Shown here piece after piece: positions 1-7,483 of a stretch of DNA of 56,046 nucleotides (position 1 is its first letter; the number at the start of each line of letters is the position of its first letter). The notes below the pieces were generated by a model, which was given only the letters and a program-made list of their open reading frames with translations, made no database searches and was not told where the DNA came from. The stretch covers positions 1 to 56,046 of the IMG/VR virus record IMGVR_UViG_3300021226_000025, one strand, 5' to 3'. This DNA comes from a virus (taxonomy: Duplodnaviria > Caudoviricetes). Position numbers and translations under genes: made by a program.

Positions 1-54
1 ATCGCATCGGCGCACCCCCCTACCCCCCCTCGCAAGCCCCGATTTTGCTGGTGT

Positions 55-82
55 TTGACAAATTTTACAGATATGTCAATCT
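55..82 (+). promoter_or_regulatory. Early promoter P1 (sigma70-like)
   Basis: TTGACA (55-60), 16 nt spacer, TGn-CAATCT (74-82); same architecture as P2. Confidence 0.6.
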
Positions 83-112
83 GAAGTTGTCGATGCAGAT
101 GCACCGACAGAA

Positions 113-147
113 CGGGTGAATAGGCTCGTTCACCCGCTCTTTAACAA
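113..147 (+). promoter_or_regulatory. Hairpin followed by boxA antitermination element
   Basis: Stem CGGGTGAA/TTCACCCG (113-136), then CGCTCTTTAACAA (135-147), matching the nut/rrn boxA consensus. Confidence 0.7.
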
Positions 148-167
148 TGTAGCCGATGGAGTTCACT

Positions 168-434
168 ATGAGTGACTACACGCCGACCGAAAAGCGGTCG
201 ATTGCCCCTGTTACTGTGACAGTTGAAATCACAGCAACCCGTATCTCTGCAAAGGGTACGCTGTCAGGAATCACAGCGAAAGTTGTGAAAGCCCCAAAGG
301 GAATGGAGTTTAAAACCTCAGTCCCCCCAATGGCAGGCGGTGCAATCTACGTGCAGGCTCTGAGTGCAGACGGAATCGAGTTCATCGAAGCCGGAAGCGC
401 AAAGGCAAAGCCTGCTAAGGTCAAGTTGTTCTAA
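168..434 (+). CDS. Early protein, paralog A of 1491-1754
   Basis: GGAG before ATG 168; PPMAGGAIY and C-terminal KLF shared with paralog. Confidence 0.85.
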   Translation: MSDYTPTEKRSIAPVTVTVEITATRISAKGTLSGITAKVVKAPKGMEFKTSVPPMAGGAIYVQALSADGIEFIEAGSAKAKPAKVKLF

Positions 435-446
435 GAGCAACCTGTG

Positions 447-479
447 GACTCCGACCAGAAATGGTCGGAGTCTTTTTTT
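447..479 (+). terminator. Intrinsic terminator T1
   Basis: GACTCCGACCA-GAAA-TGGTCGGAGTC followed by T7. Confidence 0.9.
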
Positions 480-500
480 ATCTGACTAGGAGCGAAAGCA

Positions 501-698
501 ATGAAAGTCAATCAAGTCCCGCCGAAAGGCAAGCGGAAAGCCCGCATCCAAGAGCGCAACCAGTACTGTGTAAAGTGGCAAGAGAATGATTCAATTTTCT
601 TCCGCTGGTTCAAGAGAGACCGCTATGCAGTCCAGTTCATGCAAGAACTGGTCTCTGACGGAATCCCCGAGAGCCAAATGCGACTGGTGATGAAGTAA
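501..698 (+). CDS. Hypothetical early protein (65 aa)
   Basis: AGGAG RBS; ORF bounded by terminators. Confidence 0.8.
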   Translation: MKVNQVPPKGKRKARIQERNQYCVKWQENDSIFFRWFKRDRYAVQFMQELVSDGIPESQMRLVMK

Positions 699-701
699 AC
701 C

Positions 702-731
702 AGAGCGGAGCCGAAAGGCTCCGTCTCTTTA
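702..731 (+). terminator. Hairpin/terminator T2
   Basis: CGGAGCC-GAAA-GGCTCCG followed by TCTCTTT. Confidence 0.7.
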
Positions 732-740
732 ACCTTGGAA

Positions 741-842
741 ATGACTATGGAAAAGTTCTGTGAGAAGCACCCACTACTCGCCGCTGTGATTATCGCACCA
801 ATACTTTACGTATTGCTGTGGTTAGCGATGGCGATGTTCTAA
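741..842 (+). CDS. 33-aa single-TM peptide (not in ORF track)
   Basis: MTMEKFCEKHPLLAAVIIAPILYVLLWLAMAMF*, lies between T2 and T3. Confidence 0.7.
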   Translation: MTMEKFCEKHPLLAAVIIAPILYVLLWLAMAMF

Positions 843-845
843 ACC

Positions 846-878
846 AGAGAGGAGATGTAAAGTCTCCTTCTCTTTTTT
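846..878 (+). terminator. Intrinsic terminator T3
   Basis: AGAGAGGAGA...TCTCCTTCTCT followed by T tract. Confidence 0.75.
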
Positions 879-1021
879 CTTTATGTATTGTATATAACCA
901 TACGCCGGGGGGTTGAGACATGCCGCATTAGACCATGTGGCGCAATAATCTATGGGCAATCTAGGTTTTTGTATTTGTATTTGTAAAGTTTAGATTACCT
1001 TACACCACAACTTGACACGTG

Positions 1022-1034
1022 CAAACCATTGATT
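1022..1034 (-). promoter_or_regulatory. IHF-binding site
   Basis: Reverse complement AATCAATGGTTTG fits WATCAANNNNTTR exactly. Confidence 0.6.
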
Positions 1035-1220
1035 TCATTGGTAACTTTACCAAGTGATAGTGTAAACAATCTAAATAATCTAAATAATCTATAGAATATA
1101 TATAGGCCCTTTGTTCACAATGACTTTTAGCCTGTAAAGTAAAGGAAGGCGGGTTGCAATTGCACCACTCCCAATCGCTAACTTTACCAGATTATTTAGA
1201 TTATCTAGATTATTCCCCAG

Positions 1221-1233
1221 TAAGTTGTTGATT
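1221..1233 (-). promoter_or_regulatory. IHF-binding site
   Basis: Reverse complement AATCAACAACTTA fits WATCAANNNNTTR exactly. Confidence 0.65.
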
Positions 1234-1352
1234 CATAAGGGAATTCCTAACAATCTAAACCTTGGTGTTTGACAAATTACAAAAACCTTGTTACTCGCGG
1301 TGTAGATTGTTGCCTATCTTTGTAAAATTACACAACACCGCCGACCCCTCGA

Positions 1353-1366
1353 AGTGAGTGCTCACT
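1353..1366. promoter_or_regulatory. Palindromic operator-like site
   Basis: AGTGAG-TG-CTCACT, about 30 bp upstream of the P2 -35. Confidence 0.45.
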
Positions 1367-1394
1367 CTCCCGCAAACCCGCTCGGCGCAAGTGT

Positions 1395-1422
1395 TTGCGT
1401 TTTTCGCTGGGCGTGGCAATCT
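1395..1422 (+). promoter_or_regulatory. Early promoter P2
   Basis: GTGT-TTGCGT, 16 nt, TGn-CAATCT-GA; mirrors P1. Confidence 0.55.
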
Positions 1423-1490
1423 GAGGGTGTCCCTGCAAACAACGCAGTAAGACACAATGTAATGTAATCAATCAACTTTAGGAGTGAATC

Positions 1491-1754
1491 ATGTCAGTAA
1501 CTGCAACTGTGAAGAAGTCGATTAAGCCTGTTACCTTTACCATCAAGGTAACTGCTAAGAAGGTCAATGAGAACGGTACGTTCTCTGGTCTAGAGATACA
1601 AGGCATCAGTGGTAGCGTAAAGAACGGTACGTTCCGTGTTGTTGCACCTCCACAAGCAGGTGGTGCAATGTACATCAAGTGCGACACATTGGACGGATTG
1701 GAACTTGTGCTTGATGGTACAACGACTACTGCCGCCAAGACCAAGTTGTTCTAA
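1491..1754 (+). CDS. Early protein, paralog B of 168-434
   Basis: AGGAG RBS; PPQAGGAMY and C-terminal KLF. Confidence 0.85.
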   Translation: MSVTATVKKSIKPVTFTIKVTAKKVNENGTFSGLEIQGISGSVKNGTFRVVAPPQAGGAMYIKCDTLDGLELVLDGTTTTAAKTKLF

Positions 1755-1758
1755 CCTT

Positions 1759-1795
1759 ACAGGGCAGACTAACCCTCTGCCCTGTTTCCCTTTTC
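1759..1795 (+). terminator. Hairpin/weak terminator
   Basis: ACAGGGCAGA/TCTGCCCTGT 10-bp stem plus pyrimidine tail. Confidence 0.6.
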
Positions 1796-1820
1796 CTCAA
1801 CATGTTCATAGGAGATAATC

Positions 1821-1958
1821 ATGAAATGGACTATTCGCAAAACATCCAATGGCTACATCGTCAAGTTTACCGATGACACCGACAAGATGGTGTTCCCCAC
1901 AAGGGCTATGGCATTGGCTTACATCAACAACCGTGTACTGTCCTCGTTAGGGTTGTGA
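1821..1958 (+). CDS. Hypothetical 45-aa protein (not in ORF track)
   Basis: AGGAGA RBS; MKWTIRKTSNGYIVKF... Confidence 0.75.
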   Translation: MKWTIRKTSNGYIVKFTDDTDKMVFPTRAMALAYINNRVLSSLGL

Positions 1959-1959
1959 C

Positions 1960-2172
1960 ATGGAAGATTACCACTTACCCATCTGTACCAACTGCTACGC
2001 CGTGAGGGTAGAACCTCAACGGCGGTATATGCCAAGACCCACATGCTTGCGATGTGGTGAGGCAATAGCCAAGCAACGTAAGTTTACCGTTGCATGTAAC
2101 AACAAGCAGGGGTATGAGTTAATCACCAACCCCGACCATCTCAAACAACTTAACCCTAAAAGGACAACTTGA
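1960..2172 (+). CDS. C4 zinc-finger protein
   Basis: CTNC...CLRC. Confidence 0.75.
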   Translation: MEDYHLPICTNCYAVRVEPQRRYMPRPTCLRCGEAIAKQRKFTVACNNKQGYELITNPDHLKQLNPKRTT

Positions 2173-2173
2173 C

Positions 2174-2278
2174 ATGTTCATCAAACCCATTAAACCGCTA
2201 CTGCTCAAGGGCAGACTGCTAATCTACATTGTCATCGGGGCACTATTGGGTGCTCTCGGTGGGTGGTTGTTCTCATGA
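2174..2278 (+). CDS. 34-aa membrane peptide (not in ORF track)
   Basis: AAGGA RBS; hydrophobic LLIYIVIGALLGALGGWLF; ATGA overlap with next gene. Confidence 0.65.
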   Translation: MFIKPIKPLLLKGRLLIYIVIGALLGALGGWLFS

Positions 2279-2451
2279 AACGACTACTGACCCGAATTGC
2301 AGAAGTCGTACTGACGATTCTGTTTGCCGTGTTCGTTGCCGTCCTGTTTGTCGAATGGCTTGCAGGATGTGGCGAAACGTATATTGATGCTAAAGGGGTG
2401 AGGCATCAATACGAATGTGTGTTCATCCATAACTTGACAACTAAGGAGTAA
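2275..2451 (+). CDS. Small membrane protein
   Basis: N-terminal TM segment; translationally coupled start. Confidence 0.7.
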   Translation: MKRLLTRIAEVVLTILFAVFVAVLFVEWLAGCGETYIDAKGVRHQYECVFIHNLTTKE

Positions 2452-2454
2452 ACC

Positions 2455-2643
2455 ATGAAGCGACTGTTCGCCCTACGTGATAGCCGTGGACAACTTGTCC
2501 GCAATGAGGACAACAAACAACCGATGTACTTTGCTGACAAGGATTCTGCTCGCAGATACCGCAGTAAGTTGACACAAGAAATCAATGTGTACTTCGTAAC
2601 CTACGGCGTTGACCATAAACTTTACAAAGGAACCCACCAATGA
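2455..2643 (+). CDS. Hypothetical protein
   Basis: AAGGAG RBS; overlaps ATPase start. Confidence 0.8.
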   Translation: MKRLFALRDSRGQLVRNEDNKQPMYFADKDSARRYRSKLTQEINVYFVTYGVDHKLYKGTHQ

Positions 2644-3626
2644 GAGCCACTCTACTGAAGGACACAATCAAGTCCCTGTTTCCCATTCAACGTACCATCT
2701 GTATCGAAGGTAGCCCCGGTGGTGGTAAGACAACCATCGTGCATCAAGTTGCTGAGGAACTCGGCGTACCCTGCATCGAGCGACACATGCCAACCATGCT
2801 TGTCGAGGACTTCGGTATCCTGTTCCCCAATGGCGATGACCAACTGCACTACAAGTTGCCTGATTGGTTTCCTGTCAAGGGCAAAGCACCTGAGAGCGGT
2901 ATCTTGCTGTTCGATGACCGCAACCAAGCCAATGGCGACTTGCAAAAAGTCCTAGCCAACATCTGCCAAGCACGAACCTTACACGGTGTGCCAATGCCTG
3001 ATGGGTGGCAGGTCATCTCCACAGGTAACCGCCAAGCAGACCGAGCAGGTGCTAACCGAGTGCTTGGTCACTTGCGCAATCGTGAGACTGTCTACGAACT
3101 TGACACTCACCTTGACGACTGGACTACATGGGCTATCGACAACAACGTAAAGCCCGAGTTGGTTTCGTTCATTCGCTTCCGCCCTGCTTTGCTTCACGAC
3201 TATGACCCACAACGTGACCAAAACGCAACCCCTCGTTCATGGGTTGAAGGTGTTAGCGATGTGCTCGGTACTGTCCCTGCTGATGCAGAGTTCGAGTCGT
3301 TCAAGGGTGCAGTTGGTGAAGGTGCGGCGGCAGAGTTCGTAGGGTTTCTACGCATCTTCCGCAAGTTGCCCAACCCTGATGCAGTACTGATGAACCCGAC
3401 AACTGCTGACGTACCGAGTGACCCTGCTACGTTGTATGCCCTGTCCGGTGCTATCGCTGAACGTGCAACTGAGAACAACTTTGAGCGTGTTTGTACCTAC
3501 GCTGAACGTATGCCCGCCGACTTCTCGGTGCTTACTGTGTCGTATGCCTCACGCAAGAAGCCTGAGTTAGCCAACACCCAAGCGTTCAACAAGTGGGTCA
3601 TCAACCACCAAGACGTATTGTTTTAA
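2640..3626 (+). CDS. MoxR/dynein-related AAA+ ATPase
   Basis: Walker A GSPGGGKT, Walker B LLFDD, sensor TGN, Arg finger LRNR. Confidence 0.9.
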   Translation: MRATLLKDTIKSLFPIQRTICIEGSPGGGKTTIVHQVAEELGVPCIERHMPTMLVEDFGILFPNGDDQLHYKLPDWFPVKGKAPESGILLFDDRNQANGDLQKVLANICQARTLHGVPMPDGWQVISTGNRQADRAGANRVLGHLRNRETVYELDTHLDDWTTWAIDNNVKPELVSFIRFRPALLHDYDPQRDQNATPRSWVEGVSDVLGTVPADAEFESFKGAVGEGAAAEFVGFLRIFRKLPNPDAVLMNPTTADVPSDPATLYALSGAIAERATENNFERVCTYAERMPADFSVLTVSYASRKKPELANTQAFNKWVINHQDVLF

Positions 3627-3674
3627 CCAACCAAGAGGGGCAACTGCCCCTCGCTTTTAGAAGGAGTGACTACT

Positions 3675-4523
3675 ATGAATCTATCTGACCGTGCCCTACT
3701 GGTGCAGTTATCCATTAGCCAATGGACTGCCCGCAAATTTGACAAGAAGGTAACGCAAGATGTTGCCAGTACACATGGGGTAAGTACCAATGCAGGGCGG
3801 TACAACAAAGCACTACTGCCCATGAATGACTTGCTTGACCGAGTGCACAAGAAGTCAACCCTCATCCGCACCAAGTTCTACGACAACACGTTGCCGTGGG
3901 GCATTGAAGGTACGATGATGCTACCCTCTGCCAACTACCTCAAGTTCGTGACTGACTTCCGCAAGGAAAAGGGCGAGTGGCAGTACCTTGTGGATGACTT
4001 TGTGCGTAACTATGGACAGTTGAAACTTGACGCACAGCGTTTGCTCAATGGTATGTACAACGATGCTGACTACCCATCTGACTACGAGATAGCCAACAAG
4101 TTCAAGATGGACATGGCAATCTTCCCTGTACCTGCTACTGACTTCCGTGTGCAAATCGCTTCAGACGAACTGACTCGTATCCAACAAGATGTTGAGGCTA
4201 GGGTGAAGGATGCACAACAACAGGCTATGCAGGAGGTATGGAATAGACTGTACGAACGTGTAAAGAACATGGCAGAGAAACTTGCTGACCCCAAGGCTAT
4301 CTTCCGTGACACATTGGTGGATAACCTGCGTGACCAATGCGACATGTTGACACGCTTGAACTTCACCGATGACCCCAACCTTGAAGCACTACGCTCTGAG
4401 GTTGAAAGCAATTTGCTGAAGCACCCCGATGCTTTGCGCAATGACCCTGACCTACGCCGTGACAAAGCGGCAGAGGCTAAGGCAATCATGGACAAGATGT
4501 CCGTATTCATGAACGCACAATAA
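3675..4523 (+). CDS. Helical protein, DUF3150-like (by recollection)
   Basis: AAGGAG RBS; LVQLSISQWTARK N-terminus; position between AAA and vWA genes. Confidence 0.7.
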   Translation: MNLSDRALLVQLSISQWTARKFDKKVTQDVASTHGVSTNAGRYNKALLPMNDLLDRVHKKSTLIRTKFYDNTLPWGIEGTMMLPSANYLKFVTDFRKEKGEWQYLVDDFVRNYGQLKLDAQRLLNGMYNDADYPSDYEIANKFKMDMAIFPVPATDFRVQIASDELTRIQQDVEARVKDAQQQAMQEVWNRLYERVKNMAEKLADPKAIFRDTLVDNLRDQCDMLTRLNFTDDPNLEALRSEVESNLLKHPDALRNDPDLRRDKAAEAKAIMDKMSVFMNAQ

Positions 4524-4533
4524 GGAGAACTAC

Positions 4534-5691
4534 ATGACAACTGTAATGATGCCCGAGGTAGTGGAACACCTACCACCCGCTGACGAAAAGCGTATCGAAC
4601 GACTGCTTGCCAAGGCTAGGACTGCCCTAGTCCTTGAGCATCCGTTCATTGGCAACGTGGCATTGAACCTGCCCTATGTGCCTGACTACACCATCAAGAC
4701 TGCCGCAACCAATGGCAAGAACATCCGATACAACCCCCACTTTATCGACAGTCTCAACGATGAGGAACGCAAGTTCTTGGTGGCACATGAGTGCTTACAC
4801 CCTATGCTTGAACACACATTCCGCCGTGGTGAACGCAACCACAGGGTGTGGAACCAAGCGGCAGATTACGTCATCAACAAGTTGTTGGATGATGAGAAGA
4901 TTGGCAAGATGCCACAAGGCGGACTGCTCGACAACAACATCCACAATGCAGGTGGCGGTACTACCGAGGGTATCTACAACATCCTGCCACAACCTGATGA
5001 CGATGGAAACAACGGACACGGCGACCCATTGGATGACTGCAATGACGGCGGTGACACACCTGCTGACAAGGCGCAACAGGAAGCAGAGTGGAAGGTGCGA
5101 GTAGCACAAGCGGCACAAGCCGCAAAGATGATGGGCAAGATGTCCGCAGGACTTGAACGCCTAGTGGGTGAGATACTCAAGCCCAAAGTTGACTGGCGTG
5201 ATGTGCTTCGTAAGTTCTTGGAGAAGTGCAAGAGTGACCAACGTACATGGTCTAAGTTCAACCGCAGGTTCTTGGCACAAGGTATCTACCTGCCAAGTGT
5301 GAGTGGTGAATCGCTCGGTGAGATAGCCTTTGCAGTTGACTGCTCAGGGTCAATCACACAGGAAGTTATTGACCAATTTGCCGCAGAGATTCGCTCTGCC
5401 AAAGAGGATGGTAACCCTACCAAAATCCATGTGGTGTACTTCGATAGTGAAGTGAGCCACTACGAATCGTATGGTAGAGATGATGACCTTGACATCAAGC
5501 CACACGGCGGTGGTGGTACTGCGTTTAGCCCTGTGTTTGCATACTTCGCAGAGCATGACATCAACCCAGTAGCCTGTGTGTTCTTGACTGACCTGTGTTG
5601 TAGTGACTTCGGTGACCAACCTGACTACCCAGTACTATGGGTATCTACCGATGAGGGTACTGCCCCATTCGGTGAAGTGGTGCTGATGTGA
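4534..5691 (+). CDS. Metallopeptidase-vWA fusion (DUF2201-like)
   Basis: HECLH zincin motif; MIDAS DCSGS, GGGGT, FLTD. Confidence 0.9.
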   Translation: MTTVMMPEVVEHLPPADEKRIERLLAKARTALVLEHPFIGNVALNLPYVPDYTIKTAATNGKNIRYNPHFIDSLNDEERKFLVAHECLHPMLEHTFRRGERNHRVWNQAADYVINKLLDDEKIGKMPQGGLLDNNIHNAGGGTTEGIYNILPQPDDDGNNGHGDPLDDCNDGGDTPADKAQQEAEWKVRVAQAAQAAKMMGKMSAGLERLVGEILKPKVDWRDVLRKFLEKCKSDQRTWSKFNRRFLAQGIYLPSVSGESLGEIAFAVDCSGSITQEVIDQFAAEIRSAKEDGNPTKIHVVYFDSEVSHYESYGRDDDLDIKPHGGGGTAFSPVFAYFAEHDINPVACVFLTDLCCSDFGDQPDYPVLWVSTDEGTAPFGEVVLM

Positions 5692-5954
5692 TAGCGTTAC
5701 CCGATGGCTATACATTGGGTACATCTAACCGCCAGTCTGTTACCAATGCAAGGCATATGCTCGGTGACAGTTGGCAGGTTACTGTGTATCACAAGGGCTT
5801 GCCTGCTTTTGATATGGCAAAAGAACTACGCATCGACCAATGGTCACCTGTCTACGCAGGGCGATTACATGGCGGTAAGTGGCAACAATACACAGACATT
5901 CACGAACTTGTGCGTGTGATGTGTAGCAAACACAGAATAGGAGTAGGTAAATGA
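5688..5954 (+). CDS. Hypothetical protein
   Basis: GTGA overlap with upstream gene. Confidence 0.7.
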   Translation: MIALPDGYTLGTSNRQSVTNARHMLGDSWQVTVYHKGLPAFDMAKELRIDQWSPVYAGRLHGGKWQQYTDIHELVRVMCSKHRIGVGK

Positions 5955-6178
5955 TTACATACGCAGAACTTATTGTGATGTTTGTGTTTGTAGGTATGGG
6001 TGTTTACATCTCATACCTACGGCATGAACTCAAGAAGTCTAATCGTGCAGGGGAAATGCTGACCATGATTCTGCACGATGTCGCAACAGGTCAGGTTGAA
6101 ATCGAAAGGACTGAGAATGGAATCAGTATCCGAAAGGACGATAGACAAGTATCGCCACATCAATGTGGAACACAATGA
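5951..6178 (+). CDS. Small membrane protein
   Basis: RBS; N-terminal TM segment. Confidence 0.7.
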   Translation: MITYAELIVMFVFVGMGVYISYLRHELKKSNRAGEMLTMILHDVATGQVEIERTENGISIRKDDRQVSPHQCGTQ

Positions 6179-6698
6179 TTGGTGGGACTGTACTTGCGAC
6201 ATGTTCAAAGAGGACATGAAGGAACAGGGTATCTACGTAAGCAACACGTACTTTAGTGGGTTCTGCTCACAGGGTGATGGTGCTTGCTTCGAGGGACACC
6301 TTGATGATGTGCCATTGTTTCTTGAGAAGAACTACAAGCCCGAGGACTATCCAATGATACGCAAGTTGTTGGATAGTGGTGGCACAGTTAAGTTCAGCGT
6401 ATCTCATAGTGGGCACTACTACCATGAGAACAGTACTCGGTATTACATCGAGGCGGATAGGCTTGTTGACGTATTAGATATGCCGACAGACTTTCACCTA
6501 CAAATTGTAGAGCAATGGGAAAACATTTTGGATAAAGAGATTGTAGATTTTGAGAAGCAAAGCGTGGAGATATTCAAGAACCACATGCGTACCTTGTACC
6601 GCAAGTTGGAGGAGGAGTATAACCACTTAACAGGTGATGAAGCGGTGAAGGAAACCATTCTCGCTAACGACTTACAGGAGGAAAGTGATGACGATTGA
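6117..6698 (+). CDS. Conserved acidic phage/MGE protein
   Basis: AAGGA before ATG 6117; FSGFCSQGDGACF motif. Confidence 0.75.
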   Translation: MESVSERTIDKYRHINVEHNDWWDCTCDMFKEDMKEQGIYVSNTYFSGFCSQGDGACFEGHLDDVPLFLEKNYKPEDYPMIRKLLDSGGTVKFSVSHSGHYYHENSTRYYIEADRLVDVLDMPTDFHLQIVEQWENILDKEIVDFEKQSVEIFKNHMRTLYRKLEEEYNHLTGDEAVKETILANDLQEESDDD

Positions 6699-6852
6699 CG
6701 AACAACAAAGGGTGACACTAGCAATCAACAACTTGTTGTACTTAGTCGAGGTGTTCTACCCCGACCCAGTATATGCAGAGCAGTATCACGTTGACGAGGT
6801 GATAGAGCAGGGGCGTAAAGCCATTGAGATTTTAACCAAAGAAGGAGAGTGA
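6688..6852 (+). CDS. Hypothetical 54-aa protein (not in ORF track)
   Basis: AGGAGG RBS; fills the gap exactly. Confidence 0.7.
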   Translation: MTIDEQQRVTLAINNLLYLVEVFYPDPVYAEQYHVDEVIEQGRKAIEILTKEGE

Positions 6853-6853
6853 C

Positions 6854-7474
6854 ATGGCGACAGTAAGATTCAGCAAAGAGTTACAAGACGCAATCGTTAA
6901 GAACGCAGAGCGTATGTTTGACAAGCAGATGGATGCCGCAAAGGGCAACATCAATGCGACATGGGGTGACCGCATTTATGAAATCATCCATGCCAAGTAC
7001 ATCCCTGCGATGAACGCATTACCGATGCACTTTTTCTCTACCACATGGGAGATGAAGGTATCGAAAATCAACGGCAAAGATGTTGGTGGATTGACTTGCA
7101 AGTTAACCGCCGAGCGACCTGTACCCAATAGCCTACCCAAAGATGTACCTGCCAAGGGTAAAGACTACTATGGCTACGAGTTAGTAGGTCATGAATGGGA
7201 ACAGATAGAGCAAGAAATTGCAGACTACCGAGCAAGTATTGCCGCAGTAGCAGAGAAGAAGAAAGCCTTTGTCGAGTCAGTCAAGAAGGTAATCAACGCA
7301 CATGCAACCCTTGCCCCTGCCCTCAAGATGTGGCAACCCCTGTGGGATTTAATCCCCGAGGAGTACAAGGAACGCCACCGCCAAGTGGTAGAGCGTGAGA
7401 AGAAGGAAGTCAAGGTAGACGTAGACCTGACTGCCCTCACCGCACAAGTTGCTTTCCACAAAATGACACGATAA
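6854..7474 (+). CDS. Hypothetical protein, possibly Nmad5-like
   Basis: AAGGAG RBS; C-terminal TLAPALKMWQPLWDLIP pattern. Confidence 0.6.
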   Translation: MATVRFSKELQDAIVKNAERMFDKQMDAAKGNINATWGDRIYEIIHAKYIPAMNALPMHFFSTTWEMKVSKINGKDVGGLTCKLTAERPVPNSLPKDVPAKGKDYYGYELVGHEWEQIEQEIADYRASIAAVAEKKKAFVESVKKVINAHATLAPALKMWQPLWDLIPEEYKERHRQVVEREKKEVKVDVDLTALTAQVAFHKMTR

Positions 7475-7483
7475 GGAATTGAT

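Larger units (their letters stand above)
944..1310. repeat. AT-rich iteron-like region, candidate replication origin
   Basis: 3x AAYAATCTA at 1065-1091; 3x inverted YAGATTATY at 1188-1214; further AATCTA/TAGATT copies at 944, 957, 991, 1249, 1303. Confidence 0.7.

Noticed and set aside
1065-1214. Mini CRISPR array
   Set aside because: Repeats are 9 bp, contiguous and have no spacers
1263-1297. Third early promoter (16-bp exact repeat of 49-64)
   Set aside because: TTGACA is present but there is no convincing -10; may be a duplication remnant or a binding site
6117-6698. Toxin-antitoxin module
   Set aside because: The motif recalls proteins loosely annotated as antitoxins, but no cognate toxin is recognisable
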